Assembly (NCBI RefSeq): GCF_001447785.1
Contig: NW_015159742.1
Span: forward strand, 494,484 to 558,483
DNA length: 64,000 nucleotides
Origin: Gekko japonicus
Taxonomy: Eukaryota
Reading direction: 5' to 3'
The notes below the pieces were generated by a model. It did no database searches and had not been told where the DNA came from. It saw nothing but the letters and a program-made list of their open reading frames with translations. The translations under genes were made by a program, and so were the position numbers. This document shows, piece after piece, positions 48,849 through 62,940 of this stretch; the first letter of the stretch is position 1, and each line of letters opens with the position of its first letter.

Positions 48849-49060
48849 GGGGCTGTGGCTCAGTTGGCAGGGCATCTGCCATGCATACAGAAGGTCCCAG
48901 TTTCAATCCTTGGTATCTCGTTATACTGAACCAGGCAGTAGGTGATGCAAAATACCTTGACCCAAGACCCCGGAGAGCTGCTATCAGTCTGAGTAGACAG
49001 TAGTCAACTTAATGGACTGATGCTTTGATTCAGTACAAGGCAGCTTCATGTATTCATGTA
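48849..49060 (+). mobile_element. tRNA-derived SINE (second family)
   Basis: Head GGGGCTGTGGCTCAGTTGG...GTTTCAATCC; tail CAGTACAAGGCAGCTTCATG. Confidence 0.7.
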
Positions 49061-52000
49061 TAATGGCCAGGATGATGACTTCACACCATACAACTCTAAC
49101 TTTCACCACTGAAACCCAGTCTCTTATCTATTACATTTGTATCTCAACCTTTTTCCAAGGACCTCAAGGTAGCAAAAGTGTGCGTGGGTTGCTGACTTAC
49201 TCGGGAGTAAGTCAGCAACCTTACGTAGAAGGTGATTCTTTCCTGGAGTAGAACTGGAGGCACCGGTGTCACGCACACAAAACGACAAAGTTTCTGTCTC
49301 CTTCCAGACAATGGACAAGCATGGTCTTTCAAACCGTGACTCAGCTGGGTTACCACTGCATCACTGTGTCCCTCTCCCCAGTCAGTCAGGGACAGGACCG
49401 TACTTTCTGGACACTGGGAAATATTTTTGGGATTTCTGGGCATTGTCAGCTGTAGTGCAGGTAGAATCCGGGATACTCCAGTACAAGGCAGCTTCATGTA
49501 TTCATGTATAATGGCCAGGATGATGACTTCACACCATACAACTCTAACTTTCACCACTGAAACCCAGTCTCTTATCTATTACATTTGTATCTCACCCTTT
49601 TTCCAAGAACCTCAAGGTAGCAGCACATATGAGGGTTTCTTTTTTTATGCTCATAGCAATCTCATGAGACAACTGAGTCTGAGGGAAAAATCACTGAATT
49701 AATTTAACAGCTGAATGGGCTTTTGAACCAGCTAAAATCCATAGTGGCAAATGATTTCCCAGACTTCAGTTCTACAGGATGAACAAAAGTAAAAAGTAAA
49801 CCAGCCCAAACCCATTTAAATCAGCTCAAACTGCATGAATAATCTTTTAAAAAATTAAATGATCCCATCTTAACCATTCCTCCAGAACAAGGACAGCAAT
49901 ACAGTTATGTCAATTTACATGTGTTTGTCCTCCTTTTCGATCTCATTTGGACAAACTCTTTAAAGTCTGCCTTCTTGTCTTTTCTTGCTTTCCTCCATTT
50001 GCTTGTTAACCACTTTGCCATCACAGCTTTAATTATAATGATTGGAACTATCTTTCAAGTGTCCTGAGGAGATCTGACCGTCTCATTATTCCCTTTCAAG
50101 TGATCTCCTAATTTCTGAGATTTCCTCTTTTGAAATAAAATATGACCCTGTTGATTTTCTGGACAACATGGCATTGGAAATATTTTGAATTCTATAGTGA
50201 TATGGTCACTGTTTCCACTTGGTTTGACAACATACACATCTCTTCTGCTTCCAGGCTCTGTTCAGGATTACCAGCAGTAAAGCATAAATCCAATCTCCTC
50301 TTCTTCTTTCACGTTAGCAATGCCTGTTCCCAATGAAGCACAGAACCACTTACCTGCAAAGTAGGGTTGACTGATGTATATTAGGATGAATGTGTTTAAA
50401 CAGTCTGAAATTGTTTGAAGCGGTATACGTAAAAGTGATCCAAGCAGAGCTACTTGGAAATTTTGGTGCTTTTCAAACATATTCTTTCTGAAACTACTTC
50501 TGTATGGTATGAACAGACCAGGTGTTGTTGTTTTTTTAATTTCCAGGCTACTGTTTATTATACAGATAACATTAAACTGGAAAAAATATACTAAATGCAG
50601 AGAAGCCTTATTGTTTCTAGTACTGCAACTGCTGCTCTTCCAAACTCTGCAGAGAACTAGGTTTGCTTAGGCGTGGATGGGAAAGACCAGATGACTCTTT
50701 GAACAGGTCTATTAGACTCAGCGCCTTTTCAAATCCAATGCTCACAAGAAAAACACAAGTCCTTGCTACATCGCTACCCTGAAATCATGCACAGAAAGAC
50801 AAGCATCTTGTAACAAGGTTCAATTCCTATAAAGCCACAGGTGGGATAAGGATAAAGACCGGGCTAGCAGAAAGAAAGGCACCCATTTTGCCAAGGAAAG
50901 TAATCCCAGCCTGCGCAGACCTGCAAAAGATTGTACAGTTAAGAGATCAAGGCATCTGTTATGAATATAATGTTAGGACTCATGGAGATCACCAACTTTG
51001 GAGATATCATATAGGCTTACTAAGGGTAATTATCACTAAACATGCACACAGTTTTCTCTCACAAAATGACATAACTGTAGTTCATCTAATGGAGCAAAGA
51101 AAAGGGAACTGATGGAGGACTCCAGAATTTCTTTCTTTATTATGAGGATATAGAGAAGTGGCACCAGGTTCAATCCCCAACACCTCCCGTTGAAAGGACC
51201 AGGTGAAAGATCTCTGCCTTGAGACCCAGGAGAACCTCTGCCAGACCAAGCAGACGATACTGGCTTTGATTCAGTACAAGGCAGCTTCATGTATTCATGT
51301 ATAATGGCCAGGATGATGACTTCACACCATACAACTCTAACTTTCACCACTGAAACCCAGTCTCTTATCTATTACATTTGTATCTCACCCTTTTTCCAAG
51401 AACCTCAAGGTAGCAGCACATATGAGGGTTTCTCTTTTTATGCTCATAGCAATCTCATGAGACAACTGAGGCTGAGGGAAAAATCACTGAATTAATTTAA
51501 CAGCTGAATGGGCTTTTGAACCAGCTAAAATCCATAGTGGCAAATGATTTCCCAGACTTCAGTTCTACAGGATGAACAAAAGTAAAAAGTAAACCAGCCC
51601 AAACCCATTTAAATCAGCTCAAACTGCATGAATAATCTTTTAAAAAATTAAATGATCCCATCTTAACCATTCCTCCAGAACAAGGACAGCAATACAGTTA
51701 TGTCCATTTACATGTGTTTGTCCTCCTTTTCGATCTCATTTGGACAAACTCTTTAAAGTCTGCCTTCTTGTCTTTTCTTGCTTTCCTCCATTTGCTTGTT
51801 AACCACTTTGCCATCACAGCTTTAATTATAATGATTGGAACTATCTTTCAAGTGTCCTGAGGAGATCTGACCGTCTCATTATTCCCCTTCAAGTGATCTC
51901 CTAATTTTTGAGATTTCCTCTTTTGAAATAAAATATGACCCTGTTGATTTTCTGGACAACATGGCATTGGAAATATTTTGAATTCTATAGTGATATGGTC

Positions 52001-52958
52001 ACTGTTTCCACTTGGTTTGACAACATACACATCTCTTCTGCTTCCAGGCTCTGTTCAGGATTACCAGCAGTAAAGCACTGGCCAATACCACCAGTGCTTC
52101 TCCAAGCTTCAGTTCTGTAGACTAAGTGGAACTAAATTCTGAAGCTGTTGGTAAACTATACAAGTCTGATGTATATTAGGATGAATGTGTTTAAACAGTC
52201 TGAAATTGTTTGAAGCGGTATACATAAAAGTGATCCAAGCAGAGCTACTTGGAAATGTTGGCGCTTTTCCAACATATTCTTTCTGAAACTACTTCTGTAT
52301 GGTATGAACAGACCAGGTGTTGTTGTTTTTTTAATTTCCAGGCTACTGTTTATTATACAGATAACATTAAACTGGAAAAAATATACTAAATGCAGAGAAG
52401 CCTTATTGTTTCTAGTACTGCAACTGCTGCTCTTCCAAACTCTGCAGAGAACTAGGTTTGCTTATGCTTGGACTGGAAAGACCAGATGACTCTTCGAACA
52501 TGTCTATTAGACTCAGCACCTTTTCAAATCCAATGCTCACAAGAAAAACACAAGTCCTTGCTACATTGCTACCCTGAAATCATGCACAGAAAGACAAGGA
52601 TCTTGTAACAAGGTTCAATTCCTATAAAGCCACAGGTGGGATAAGGATAAAGACCAGGCTAGCAGAAAGAAAGGCGCCCATTTTGCCAAGGAAAGTAATC
52701 CCAGCCTGCACAGACCTGCAAAACATTGTCCAGTTAAGAGATCAAGGCATCTGTTATGAATATAATGTTAGGACTCATGGAGATCACCAACTTTGGAGAT
52801 ATCATATAGGCTTACTAAGGGTAATTATCACTAAACATGCACACAGTTTTCTCTCACAAAATGACATAACTGTAGTTCATCTAATGGAGCAAAGAAAAGG
52901 GAACTGATGGAGGACTCCAGAATTTCTTTCTTTATTATGAGGATATAGAGAAGTGGCA
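49022..52958. repeat. Local mosaic segmental duplication
   Basis: 49022-49174=51263-51415; 49175-49478=47568-47870; 49479-50284=51272-52077; 50285-50368~48166-48244; 50371-51163=52166-52958. Confidence 0.92.
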
Positions 52959-53157
52959 AGCCTGAAAGTCAGGGTTGTTTCCATCATGGCCTTGGATGGC
53001 TTTGGAGATTAATGAATTAGAACGGAGTATCTGGGCGCCAAGGCTCCTGGGTTTTCAGGGAGGATGGATGGATTCGGTACTCTGAAGCTGAGTGAGGACA
53101 GAAAACCAGTTGCTTGTGTTGCCTTCCAATGATGTCAGGTGCACATTCTCATGGGCA

Positions 53158-53562
53158 TCAGAGTGCCAGAGTGTCCTTAATGAGGCGCCGCATGGTGGTG
53201 GTGACAGAAGTCCCAAGTGAGTCAGTGATCTGGTAAGAAATCTTATACAGGTAGGGCTGGACATCCCGCAACCCAGTGTCGAACACATTGTCCACCTCCG
53301 ATTGGGTGGGCATCTTGGGTAGGTACTCATGCCGGTTCATCACCTCCACAATATTGATGATTTTCTCACAGAGTTTCTCACCCACCTTCTCACGACAGAT
53401 CTGTCGCTCCTGCTCATTAGCCAGGCTCACCACATTCACTTTGACCGTCCACACTTCCCAGGGGATGCACTCATCTGAGAAAGGCCACCGTGACTTCTTC
53501 TTCTGATAAAACTCCAGTGAGATCTGGCCTATCCCATCGTTGCCAGAGTTTCGCAGAGCATC
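53158..53562 (-). CDS. ATG101: ATG101 last coding exon
   Basis: ttcccag|GATGCT acceptor; TGA at 53158-53160. Confidence 0.98.
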   Translation of the reverse strand, partial: DALRNSGNDGIGQISLEFYQKKKSRWPFSDECIPWEVWTVKVNVVSLANEQERQICREKVGEKLCEKIINIVEVMNRHEYLPKMPTQSEVDNVFDTGLRDVQPYLYKISYQITDSLGTSVTTTMRRLIKDTLAL

Positions 53563-55634
53563 CTGGGAAAATAAAACCACAGTGTGTGATTTACAGTGAA
53601 ATCCTAAAAATGTATACTCAGATGTAAATCCCACGGCATTCAACAGGACTTCCTCCCTCCCTAGTAAGTATGCTTGAGATTGCAGCATTTGAAGACTGAT
53701 TCTCCAGGTATCCCTTATGCTACATAGAAATATCTGATCCATGCACCAAGAATCATGTCATGCATTCACCAAGGACTACACATAGTTGCATGACCACCTT
53801 ACGGATAATGTGACAGCTTCCCAGAACTTGGAGAATCAAGCAAGATGCAGGATTGTTTCAAGACCATATTTACTAGAAAAGGGTTTGACTGTGATCCCAG
53901 TCTTCAATGACCATTATGATGACTTCATACCATACAATACCATGAAACCCAAACCCTGCCTTACAACCATAGTTGTCCATTGCCCTGACCCGGATAGCCC
54001 AGGCAAGCCCAATCTCGTCACATCTCAGAAGCTAAGCAGGGTCAATTCTGGCAAGTACTTGGATGGGAGACCGCCTTGAAATATCAGAGGTGGGAGGCGG
54101 GGGCAGGCTTTATTCAGTCACCTCTCTGAATATCCACCAGGCCCCCAGTAGGGGTTAGTCACCAGAGGTCACCATGACTTCCAGGTACACACTCACACGT
54201 GTACACACACACACACACACACACTCACACACACACACACACTCTCTCTCTCTCTCTCTTAAAAAATACAACCCCCCCAACCATAATTGTCCTTTGTGCC
54301 CATAACTGTGCTCAGAATCCCATTTTCTTTCTCATCTAATGTTCAGTAGCCTGGGTTTTATGTGACTGTTATTATGTACCTTGACATATTTATGTCTATT
54401 TTATGTACCTATTTTATCCCCCTTTGGTATCCTCTTGGTCAAGACTTCGGTCATAAAGACCTGTAATAAATTGAATTGAATTGAAAATAAACAAGAAAAA
54501 TTCGGCTACTCTATTTAAGTACATCGTATCACAATACGAGATCTTGAGGACAGACTGCTAAGCTTCCTCCACTGAACAGTTAACCAAAATGTGGTGCTTG
54601 CAGAAATGTGTACAACTTTCAGATGTAAAACAGAAATAAGTTAGCGATCATCATAAGATGTATTTCAAAACATTTGTTTTGAAAGCACCCCCACCCAAGC
54701 AGTCCTGGTGACAAATGTAATAAATGCTCAAGGATAGTTGTTTTAAAAAGTAGTTACAGAAAGATACATGATATAATTAGTTATCCTCAAAAGAGGAATT
54801 CTTGGCCATGTTAGAGTGTTACGGAAAATTGAGAATCAGTGTCAGAAAAGGTAGGGGTCACCATCTGGATCCCTATTACCAATTACCAAGTTTACCCTGA
54901 TCCCAATTACTTTACCTTTACTTTTGCCCACATAAACGGTTGGTTACCACTGAATCTTGTGGTGAAAAGAAAAGTGAGGCAATTAGGGATAAACCCAGTG
55001 ACTAGATGGCTAGGTTATCACTGACAAAGTTTCTGCTGCATTAAGTATCCAAGGGCTCTTTCTGTCCTGAGAGTACAAACAGAAATGTTTGTACTTTCCA
55101 GGGATTCTTGCAGTTTACTAGTACTCCCTCCATACATAACCTCAGTCATTATAATGATTAGCTTTTTAGTAGTCACAAGCATGAAGAACAATGTCTTGTC
55201 TCTTTAACATAGATTTAATGGGATATTATTTACCACAAGGTGCCCATTTCCACATGTTAAGCCTCTATTAAATGGACAGGACATTTTTTTTCCTCCGGGC
55301 CAGCTGGCAGCCCTAGTCCAAGAAAAACTAACAGTAAGATATTAATAAAAATAAAATAACACCTAGACATAGAACACTGTACCTTGAATTCCCCAACAGC
55401 CTTTTTCAATGCCCGGTCCAGCTCTTCTGAAGAAACCCTGACATAGGTAAAATCAATGAAGTCACAGTCAACATCTTGTGTGCCAACTGTTCCAATGGAG
55501 TAGGTTCCTTCCTTTTTGTAATGGAATTTCCCTGTGCTGCGGTGGAGAAGTATGGTATGCAACACAGCCAGCATAGCTTCTTCGATTTGACGACCCTCCA
55601 CCGACACCTCCAGCACCTCTGAACGACAGTTCAT
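53158..55634 (-). CDS. ATG101: Autophagy-related protein 101 (HORMA domain, 218 aa; exons 55383-55634 and 53158-53562)
   Basis: [16 protein letters not shown]...GEFK|DALRNSG...KKSRWPF (WF finger)...[10 protein letters not shown]; 252+405 nt, phase 0 GT-AG join. Confidence 0.99.
54203..54259. repeat. (CA)n(CT)n compound microsatellite
   Basis: Seen directly; tail of a 5S-derived SINE in the ATG101 intron. Confidence 0.9.
55383..55634 (-). CDS. ATG101: ATG101 first coding exon
   Basis: 84 codons; AAG|gtacag donor; likely acceptor ctattctcag just above 55677. Confidence 0.98.
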
Positions 55635-56016
55635 CTTGGCTTTTGCAAAGGAAGGTTAAACAATAGTATGACTGACACTGAGAATAGCAGGAGTATCCAA
55701 TACCAAAATATTATATTCTTTAAAATAATGGTTTTACAGAAAAGGTCGATCTTTTGATTAGCGAAAAATGGTATTGGTGGGGGGGGGGGGGAGGATCTGA
55801 TCAAGACAGACCAAAGATCTGGATTTAGTTCATTTCTTTGCCACAGCCTCAGTTGATGCAAAGAAGGCACCAATATCATATTGAAATACTGTAATTACAA
55901 CACCAGTTAATTATGTTAGATCCCAAATTTTAATTTTATGGGTTTTAATATCTAGTCCATTAACCGATTTAAAGACTTTTGGTAGATTATTTCCGTGAGC
56001 AGTCATATTTTTAAAG

Positions 56017-56271
56017 AGCCAGTGTGGTGCGGTAGTTAAGAGCAGCAGACTCTAACCTGGAGAACTGGGTTTGATGCCCCACTCCTCCACATGGAGGGCC
56101 AGTCACACTCCACCCTTGGGCCCGGCACTGTTCTCGCAGAACTCACTCAGGCCTGCCTACCTACCTCACACGGTGCCTGTTGTGGGGAGAGGAAGTGAAG
56201 GCAATTATAAGCCACTTTGAGGCACCTTAGGGTAGAGAAAAGTGGAGTATAAAAAGCTCCTCCTCCTCTTC
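56017..56271 (+). mobile_element. tRNA-derived SINE (Squam3-like, diverged)
   Basis: Same head and tail motifs. Confidence 0.75.
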
Positions 56272-57264
56272 TATATTATTTCCAATACTACTTAAAAACT
56301 GCACATAAAGCTGCCTTATATTCAATCAGTTTGAGTAATATATTCAGTATATCAGTGCCAGAGTTCCCCACTTTGACTGAAGGCAGCTCTCCAGGGTCTC
56401 AGGTAGAAGTCTTTCATATCACCCACTAACTGGTCTTTTAACTGGATATACCAGGAATGGAACCTGGGACCAATGCTCTCTCTAAGCTGTGAAGTCTTGT
56501 GAGCAAAAATTCTACTTTGTGAGCTACTGGCAATAAAGTCGTGAGCGAACGATTCGGCTGCTGCATAAATTAGTTTGCTCTGGAGCCATCCTTCCTGAGC
56601 TAAGACAAAAATGTGTGAGCCAGAGGCTTAAAAAACTGTGAGCTAGCTCACACTAACTCAGCTTAGAGGTAACACTGCCTGGGATCCTCTGCTTGTGAAG
56701 GTCAGATGCTCTATCACTGAGCCTTGACTCCTACGTGACAAGCACCATTTTAAAAGAGCTACTTTTACACCCGTATGCATCACCTAAGAACCAAGAAAGA
56801 AAGCTTTTCTTTTTGTAATATTGTCTGAAAATTGATTCATAGATTAAAACACATACAATTTAAGGTTTATTTAAGCAAGCAAAGCCTTAGTTAATTTGTA
56901 AAAAGACAGCTGCAGTTGACAGGAGAGTTGCTAAAGGTTCCCTGCTCTGGACTTTGGCAGCAAAAAACAGGGGACGAAGTGAAGGATTCACAATTAGGAG
57001 ACTCAGTGAGGAAAGCAAACCATGTATTTTCTGTGGCCACACCTCCAACCAGACATCTGGAGAGCCCCTAACTTAAAAGAAGACAATAAGTAACAGTTCC
57101 ATTGCCTAGCCTTAGGAATTAGCCTCCTATAGAAATCCAAACATTAATTGTGCAGTGCAGTCGTAAACAGAGCCAATCCTGTTTAAGATCATTGACTGCA
57201 ATGGATTTAGAAGTGTAATTCTGTTCAGGATTGCACTGTTATTGTCAGAGAGCAGGCGAGTTAA

Positions 57265-57650
57265 AATTTGAGGACATGCAATAAAACTGATGGGCAGTAG
57301 GTTCAGGACAGACAAAAGGAAATACCACTTTACACAGAAAGTGATTAAAATGTGGAATTCACTGCCAGAGGATGTAGTGATGGCCATAGGAATAAACAGC
57401 TTTAAAAAGGGAATAGATAGATTCATGGAGGATAAGTCTATCAATGGCTACTAGCCATGGTGACCGAGGGGAACCTCCACATTCAGAGGCACTAATCCTC
57501 TGAATCCCAGAGCCGGGAGGCAACATAAGGGGAAGGCCTCGGCCTGTATGCCCCGTTGTTGGCCATTCAGAGGAACTGTTTGGCCACTGCGTGAGACAGG
57601 ATGCTGGAACAGATGGACTTCTGATCCAGCAGGGTTCTACTTATGTTCTT
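57265..57650 (+). mobile_element. CR1 LINE 3' fragment
   Basis: Encodes KLMGSRFRTDKRKYHFTQKVIKMWNSLPEDVV-type CR1 ORF2 end; TTATGTTC tail. Confidence 0.9.
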
Positions 57651-57672
57651 CTGTTCTAAACAAGTGTGCACA

Positions 57673-57686
57673 TTGCCCCCTAGTGG
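57673..57686 (-). promoter_or_regulatory. CTCF motif
   Basis: Minus strand CCACTAGGGGGCAA. Confidence 0.55.
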
Positions 57687-57764
57687 TTTACACAGTCACT
57701 TCATTTGGAAATACCACCAGTGGATTACCCCTTTTGATTGGATTAGCAGAAGCATTTTCCTCAT

Positions 57765-58210
57765 GAACATAAGAGAAGCCATGTTGGATCAGGCCAATGG
57801 CCCATCCAGTCCAACACTCTGTATTACACAGTGGCCAAAACCCAGGTCCCATCAGGAAATCCACCAGCAGGGCCAGAACTACAGAAGCCCTCCCACTGTT
57901 GCCCCCCAAGCACCAAGAATACAGAACATTACTGCCCCAGACATAGTGCTCCATCTATACCTTGTGCCTAATAGCCACTGATAGACCTCTGCTCCATATG
58001 TGGATCCAATCCCCTCTTAAAGCTGTCTATGCTTGTAGCTGCCACCACTTCCTGCAGCAGTGAATTCCAGGTGTTAATTATTCTGTGGGTGAAGAAGTAC
58101 TTTCTTTTATCTGTTCTAAGATGAGGGCCCAAGAATTTTTGTACTGTGAGGGAAGTATTTCTTTCTCTTCCTTCTCTATCCCATGCATAATTTTGTAAAC
58201 CTCTATCTTA
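57765..58210 (-). mobile_element. CR1 LINE 3' fragment, tail-to-tail with the previous one
   Basis: Tail AACATAAGAGAAGCC; TGGAATTCACTGC core on the minus strand. Confidence 0.8.
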
Positions 58211-58889
58211 ATGCTTAATGTTGGGTAAAACATAGCACAAAGGGATCAACAGAATTTCCACTTCCATGCCAGGAATTAAGATCAGTAAGTGGGTCCCAAA
58301 CATGTTTTTCTCATGTTTACTTAGGACAGAAATACTCAAACGTAATACTATTTGTTTTGAAATAAATAGAATAAAGGAGTGATGGAAATGTTTTCCAGTG
58401 ACGGAGTGATCTCAGGTTGCAAACCAATGCACACTGTTTATTCCGTAAGATCCATTGAAATCAGTGGGATCTGTTTGTGAGTAAACATGCATAGGCTCCG
58501 GCTACATCCAATTCAGATTATTTGAATTGGGGTCTGGAGTGAGAATACATCTCTCTCACTCCTTATCTCTCAGTAGCACTGTAAAAGACAGGAGGGAAAT
58601 CAACTGGCCAGAAAAAGCTATTCAGTCCCTTTGACAAGGCTCTAATATGCAGAAAACAGCAAGTGAAACTTTTTGTGGCAAGCAGTTAAGCATGATCACC
58701 TACTAGCTGTCTCAGAATATATTGCCCTTAAAGGAAAAAGCTACAAGGGCTAGATCAAACCCAGGCAATCAGAAACATGGTAGTTAACATGAGGACCCAA
58801 AGCAGCTTACTCTTCGGTCCTCCATTTTATCCTCACAACAATCCTGTGAGGTAGGGTTAGGCTGAGAATGTCTGACTGGCTATGTCCCC

Positions 58890-60150
58890 GAATGTTCCGG
58901 GGATTCAATGGGAGAGAGGCCGTTTGGTTGTTAAGGCAACCAACAGTACAAAGGTGGGCTCGCCGCGCAGGAGAGGGGTGTCCGTCAAAGGACAAGGACC
59001 CCTTTCCAGGTAGAAACAAGAGGCTCACCTGGCCCTGCTGCTGATGCTTCTCAAGATGATCCAGCCTAACACTTGGACCAGCCCAATTACGCAAAAATGG
59101 AAAAGAGTCCTCCAAAAAGCGTCAACCTGTCTTTTTGGAAAAAAGCAGTGTTGTTTCTTTCGCGTCATAAATATATGTTACTACATTACAATTTACCTAC
59201 TCACCACATTTTATTTATGCATTTCCCCCTCTTTCCCGCTGTTTATAGTTTTCGACCTCAGGGTCTCCCCCCATCTGCTCTTAGTACGTTCCAACAAAAC
59301 AAACCGCAGCTAAAACCCTGGAAAGGAATGTACCAGCGGCAATTTCCTGGTTCTGGGAGTCGATGGAGCTCTCGGCTGCCACCTACAGCTGGGGAGGATT
59401 CGTAGCTACTGATTAATGGAGCGGCTGCTTACTTTCTGTGTCGTGCTAGGAACATTTGCACTTGGGATCTCAAGCAGAAAAGACCCTCCTTTACCTGGAA
59501 ATGCCAGAAAGTGTTGCTGGGACTGGCTGCCAACTAGGGAAAGTTAACTACAGCTTCAGCTTCTTCCAGAGTCGAACTAGGATCTGGTGGGACACCCACG
59601 TTCGAATCCCCACTCTTCCTTAGAGACTCACTGGGTGACCCTGTGTTAGTCACACACTCTCAGTTTAACTTGCTGTTGTGATGATAAAATGGGGAATGTT
59701 GTAAGCCGCTATGGATCCCGGCTGGGAAGAAACGCTTTACCTGTTACCTGAAATGCCAGAGAATGAATCTGGCATCTTTTGCAAGCAAAAAGCACAGGCT
59801 CTCCCAGCACATCTTTTTGCTTTTGTGTTTATTGCTATATTCAACGCCCAGTGTCTGAGTACTCTTTTAAAAACGACTGTTTTGTTTCGTGAAGGCGGGG
59901 GAAGGAGAGAACTCATGACCTCCAGACCTGCTCTTGGGAACGCGTCGCCATTTTTACGACTGGTACAGGCAGAAACAGTCGATTTCTCTCAAATTGCTCA
60001 CGCAGCCTCCCAAGACTGCGCATGGCCAAGACGTTTTGTCGCGCGCGGTCCTCAGCGGAAGGTGAATGTGCGGTTATGGGAAAGTTTGAAGCAGAAGTGC
60101 GTGAAGCCTCTACTTGTTGATACGGGCTCTGGCGGCCTGCGGTCAGGGTG
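58890..60150 (-). promoter_or_regulatory. Probable ATG101 promoter and non-coding 5' exon(s)
   Basis: Two CpG-rich patches (~58890-59050, ~59880-60150); YY1-type AAAATGGCG at ~59946-59954; minus-strand CAG|GTGAG donor at ~59029. Confidence 0.6.
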
Positions 60151-60549
60151 ATGCGTTGCAAAAGTTTTTATCCCTTTATTTCCATTGTTGTTTCTTCTTT
60201 TCTCTTACATGTTGTGTGCATTTTTTGTTTGAATAAGACACACGGCACGTATCTATTTTATTTTTTTATCCTGCCCCGATTCCAGGGGATTTTGGGCACC
60301 TTAAGGAATCCTCTCTCCTTTCTGATCGCAATATGTTGTCCCTCTTTGGTGAGTTTTGGCATGGTAGCTGCTCTCTGTGGAGGAGTGTGTGCTCTAGCCC
60401 TGCACTCCTAGTGCTGGGGGTCGCACTCAGCATAACCAAGGGTATTATGAGGGTAATAATGTCAGTTACTTTGGGTCACCACTGGGGAGAAAGGTGGGGT
60501 ATAAATGGAGTTAATAAGCAATACCATCTCGAGGGGAATAAAAGATTAT

Positions 60550-60889
60550 GGCACCGTTCACACGGAGGATTTGCCATGGGAGAGCGACAAGTGCATGGCC
60601 GGCGCGATCACACCGCAACAGCTGGGAAGTGGAGCGCACCCGTGGCGTACCACCGAAAATGCAGGATTAAAAACTACCTGCTCGGAGGTACTAGCAACCA
60701 GGCTGCCTCCGGAGTCCCTTGGTGAGATCGTGCCAGCCCCGGCTTTTCCTTCCGGCCCCTTGATGCGCGGAAGGAAGGAACGATAGCATGCCGACGCATG
60801 GGATCGTGTTATGGCGGCTCGGAGTGCTGCAGTGCAAAAAGGCCCCCCCCCCCCCCCCCCCGTGTTATCCAGCCCGTGTGACCGGCGCC
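60550..60889. mobile_element. PIF/Harbinger-like MITE (same family as 21284-21660)
   Basis: GGCACCGTTCACACGG...CCGTGTGACCGGCGCC; shared internal CTGGGAAGTGGAGCGCACC. Confidence 0.65.
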
Positions 60890-62202
60890 TCCGATGGGCC
60901 TGCCAAAAATCTTCCCTGAAGTTGGAAAATAGGTGATTGTAGCAATGCTGTCTGTAGATCCACAATTTTTTAAAACTCTGCTTTTGTTTCTACGGCATAG
61001 TATTGCTAAAATGGCAAGCACCATTACTAAAATTGTCAAGAGAATACAAATTGGAGGCAGGATGTTTAAAGGGTAAATATTTCCAGGAATATCCAGAACA
61101 TGTGGGGAGGGGAAGGGGAAAAAGTTTGTAAATTGTTCTGAGACACCGAGTGAAGGGCGGGGTATAAATCCAATCTATTATTTTCTTCTATAACATTTTT
61201 TACAACATGACTCAATGCAGTTCACACCTTTTCATTTCTCTAAAGAGATCACTAAGTTCCTTCACATTAAGGTAATATGGTGACACCTGTACAACAGGTA
61301 TCAGAGTAGACTAGAGAAATACAATGGGAAAAATTGAACTGTCCCAAGTATTTTTAAGGAAGCAAAAAGAGGAGATACACGGTATGGAGAAAATTAACAA
61401 AAGACCAGAAACCTGTGAATATAATAACAAAGAATTTATAAAAATAGTATATGACCCCTAAAGAAGAAGAGGAGGTGGAGTTTGGACTTATACCCCAGCC
61501 TTCACTCAGAGTCTCAGAGCGGCTTACAAAGTCCACCCACTTAACCACTACACCACACCACAAATGTTATTAATGAAGAATATTTTACTAAATGTCTCTG
61601 GTGTCAGTTCAATTTTTCAAGACACCTCAAAGCCCTAACAAAATTCTTATCTGAAGCAGTCCTTCCCAGTGAAGCAATAAAGTCCAATGTTGATGGAGCC
61701 AAAGTGATCCTGCACTGGTAAAAATTCCGTTTCCACAGTGACTCCTGCAGTATTGCAACCAAACATAATTAATCCATAATACATTCAGTATTCCTACTTC
61801 TTAGTTTGGTCTGGTAAAGCAGACCCCAAACTTTCAAAGAACGCTATGTAGCATTCTGTATCATTGACCAAGCAGCAAATGGCCATTTACCTGGGTCTCC
61901 AAACTACAAGCTGGAAATAGCCAAAATATTCAAAGAATACAGAAGTGTTTTCACGAGGAAAAGGGAGTTAGAGACACTGAAGTGGAATACCGACGAGTTA
62001 GGTTGTGTGTTGCTCTAAACAGTGGCTGTAGAACCAGAAGGCTATCTAGAAGATTGTCATCAGCTCAAGGATTTATGACTTTATGTGAAAATGCCAAGTA
62101 CTTGACATGCAGAAAGTATACAAAGATGAGAGGTGACCCCTGACAGGAGTGTGCAGTTAAAAGTGAGATGAGAAGATCCTGGCAGTTACCAGTGGAAACA
62201 CA

Positions 62203-62405
62203 GGAGCTACAGAGACCCATTGCCAAGCTTCTTGCTGCAAGGATATGCATCAGGGCATTAAACTAAGAAGACAGGAGCAAGGATGGGAGTGGTATGAAAC
62301 AGACGGAGCTACAGAGACCCATTGCCAAGCTTCTTGCTGCAAGGATATGCATCAGGGCATTAAACTAAGAAGACAGGAGCAAGGATGGGAGCGGTATGAA
62401 ACAGA
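62203..62405. repeat. Tandem duplication, ~102 bp x2
   Basis: Adjacent copies with one visible substitution. Confidence 0.92.
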
Positions 62406-62483
62406 GTAATTAATGGTGTACAAGGACTGAAACCACAAGTTTATTATGCAGATCTTTTTTAGTATACATGTGTCTGGTCCCCT

Positions 62484-62891
62484 TGTCACAGCGATAAATC
62501 CAATACACGTTTTAAGCAAAGTAGTATTTTATTAAAGCCATGATAGAGCAGGAGCAAGTTCACTGTCCAGAATGCCTGGGTCAGGGTGGGCAAGGAATAA
62601 TGTAATACATTCAAACAAAGCCATAACCAATAATCTCCATTCCCGCCGAGCGGGCAGACCTCAGTTTCCGCGCGCAAAAGCCTGAGAAGCAACGTTCCCT
62701 AAAACCAAAACAATTACAGCTTCACACGGAATGGCTCATTATACAGTTAGCAAAGCATCTCTCCCCACACACCTGTTAATCTTGCAGATAAGCGTTGCCT
62801 AGCAGTAGCGGGACATGGAATGCATGGGAGCAGACTACACACAGGGGAAGGAAGGGCATGCGCAGATGCCCGAGGTGGCAGGGGCCTGACA
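62484..62891 (-). mobile_element. Probable solo LTR
   Basis: TGTCA...TGACA termini; AATAAA on the minus strand near the 3' end; CpG retention; no clean TSD. Confidence 0.5.
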
Positions 62892-62940
62892 GCTTCCCAA
62901 TCTTCTATGGCAGCTAGCTGACAACATGCAGGTTACAATG

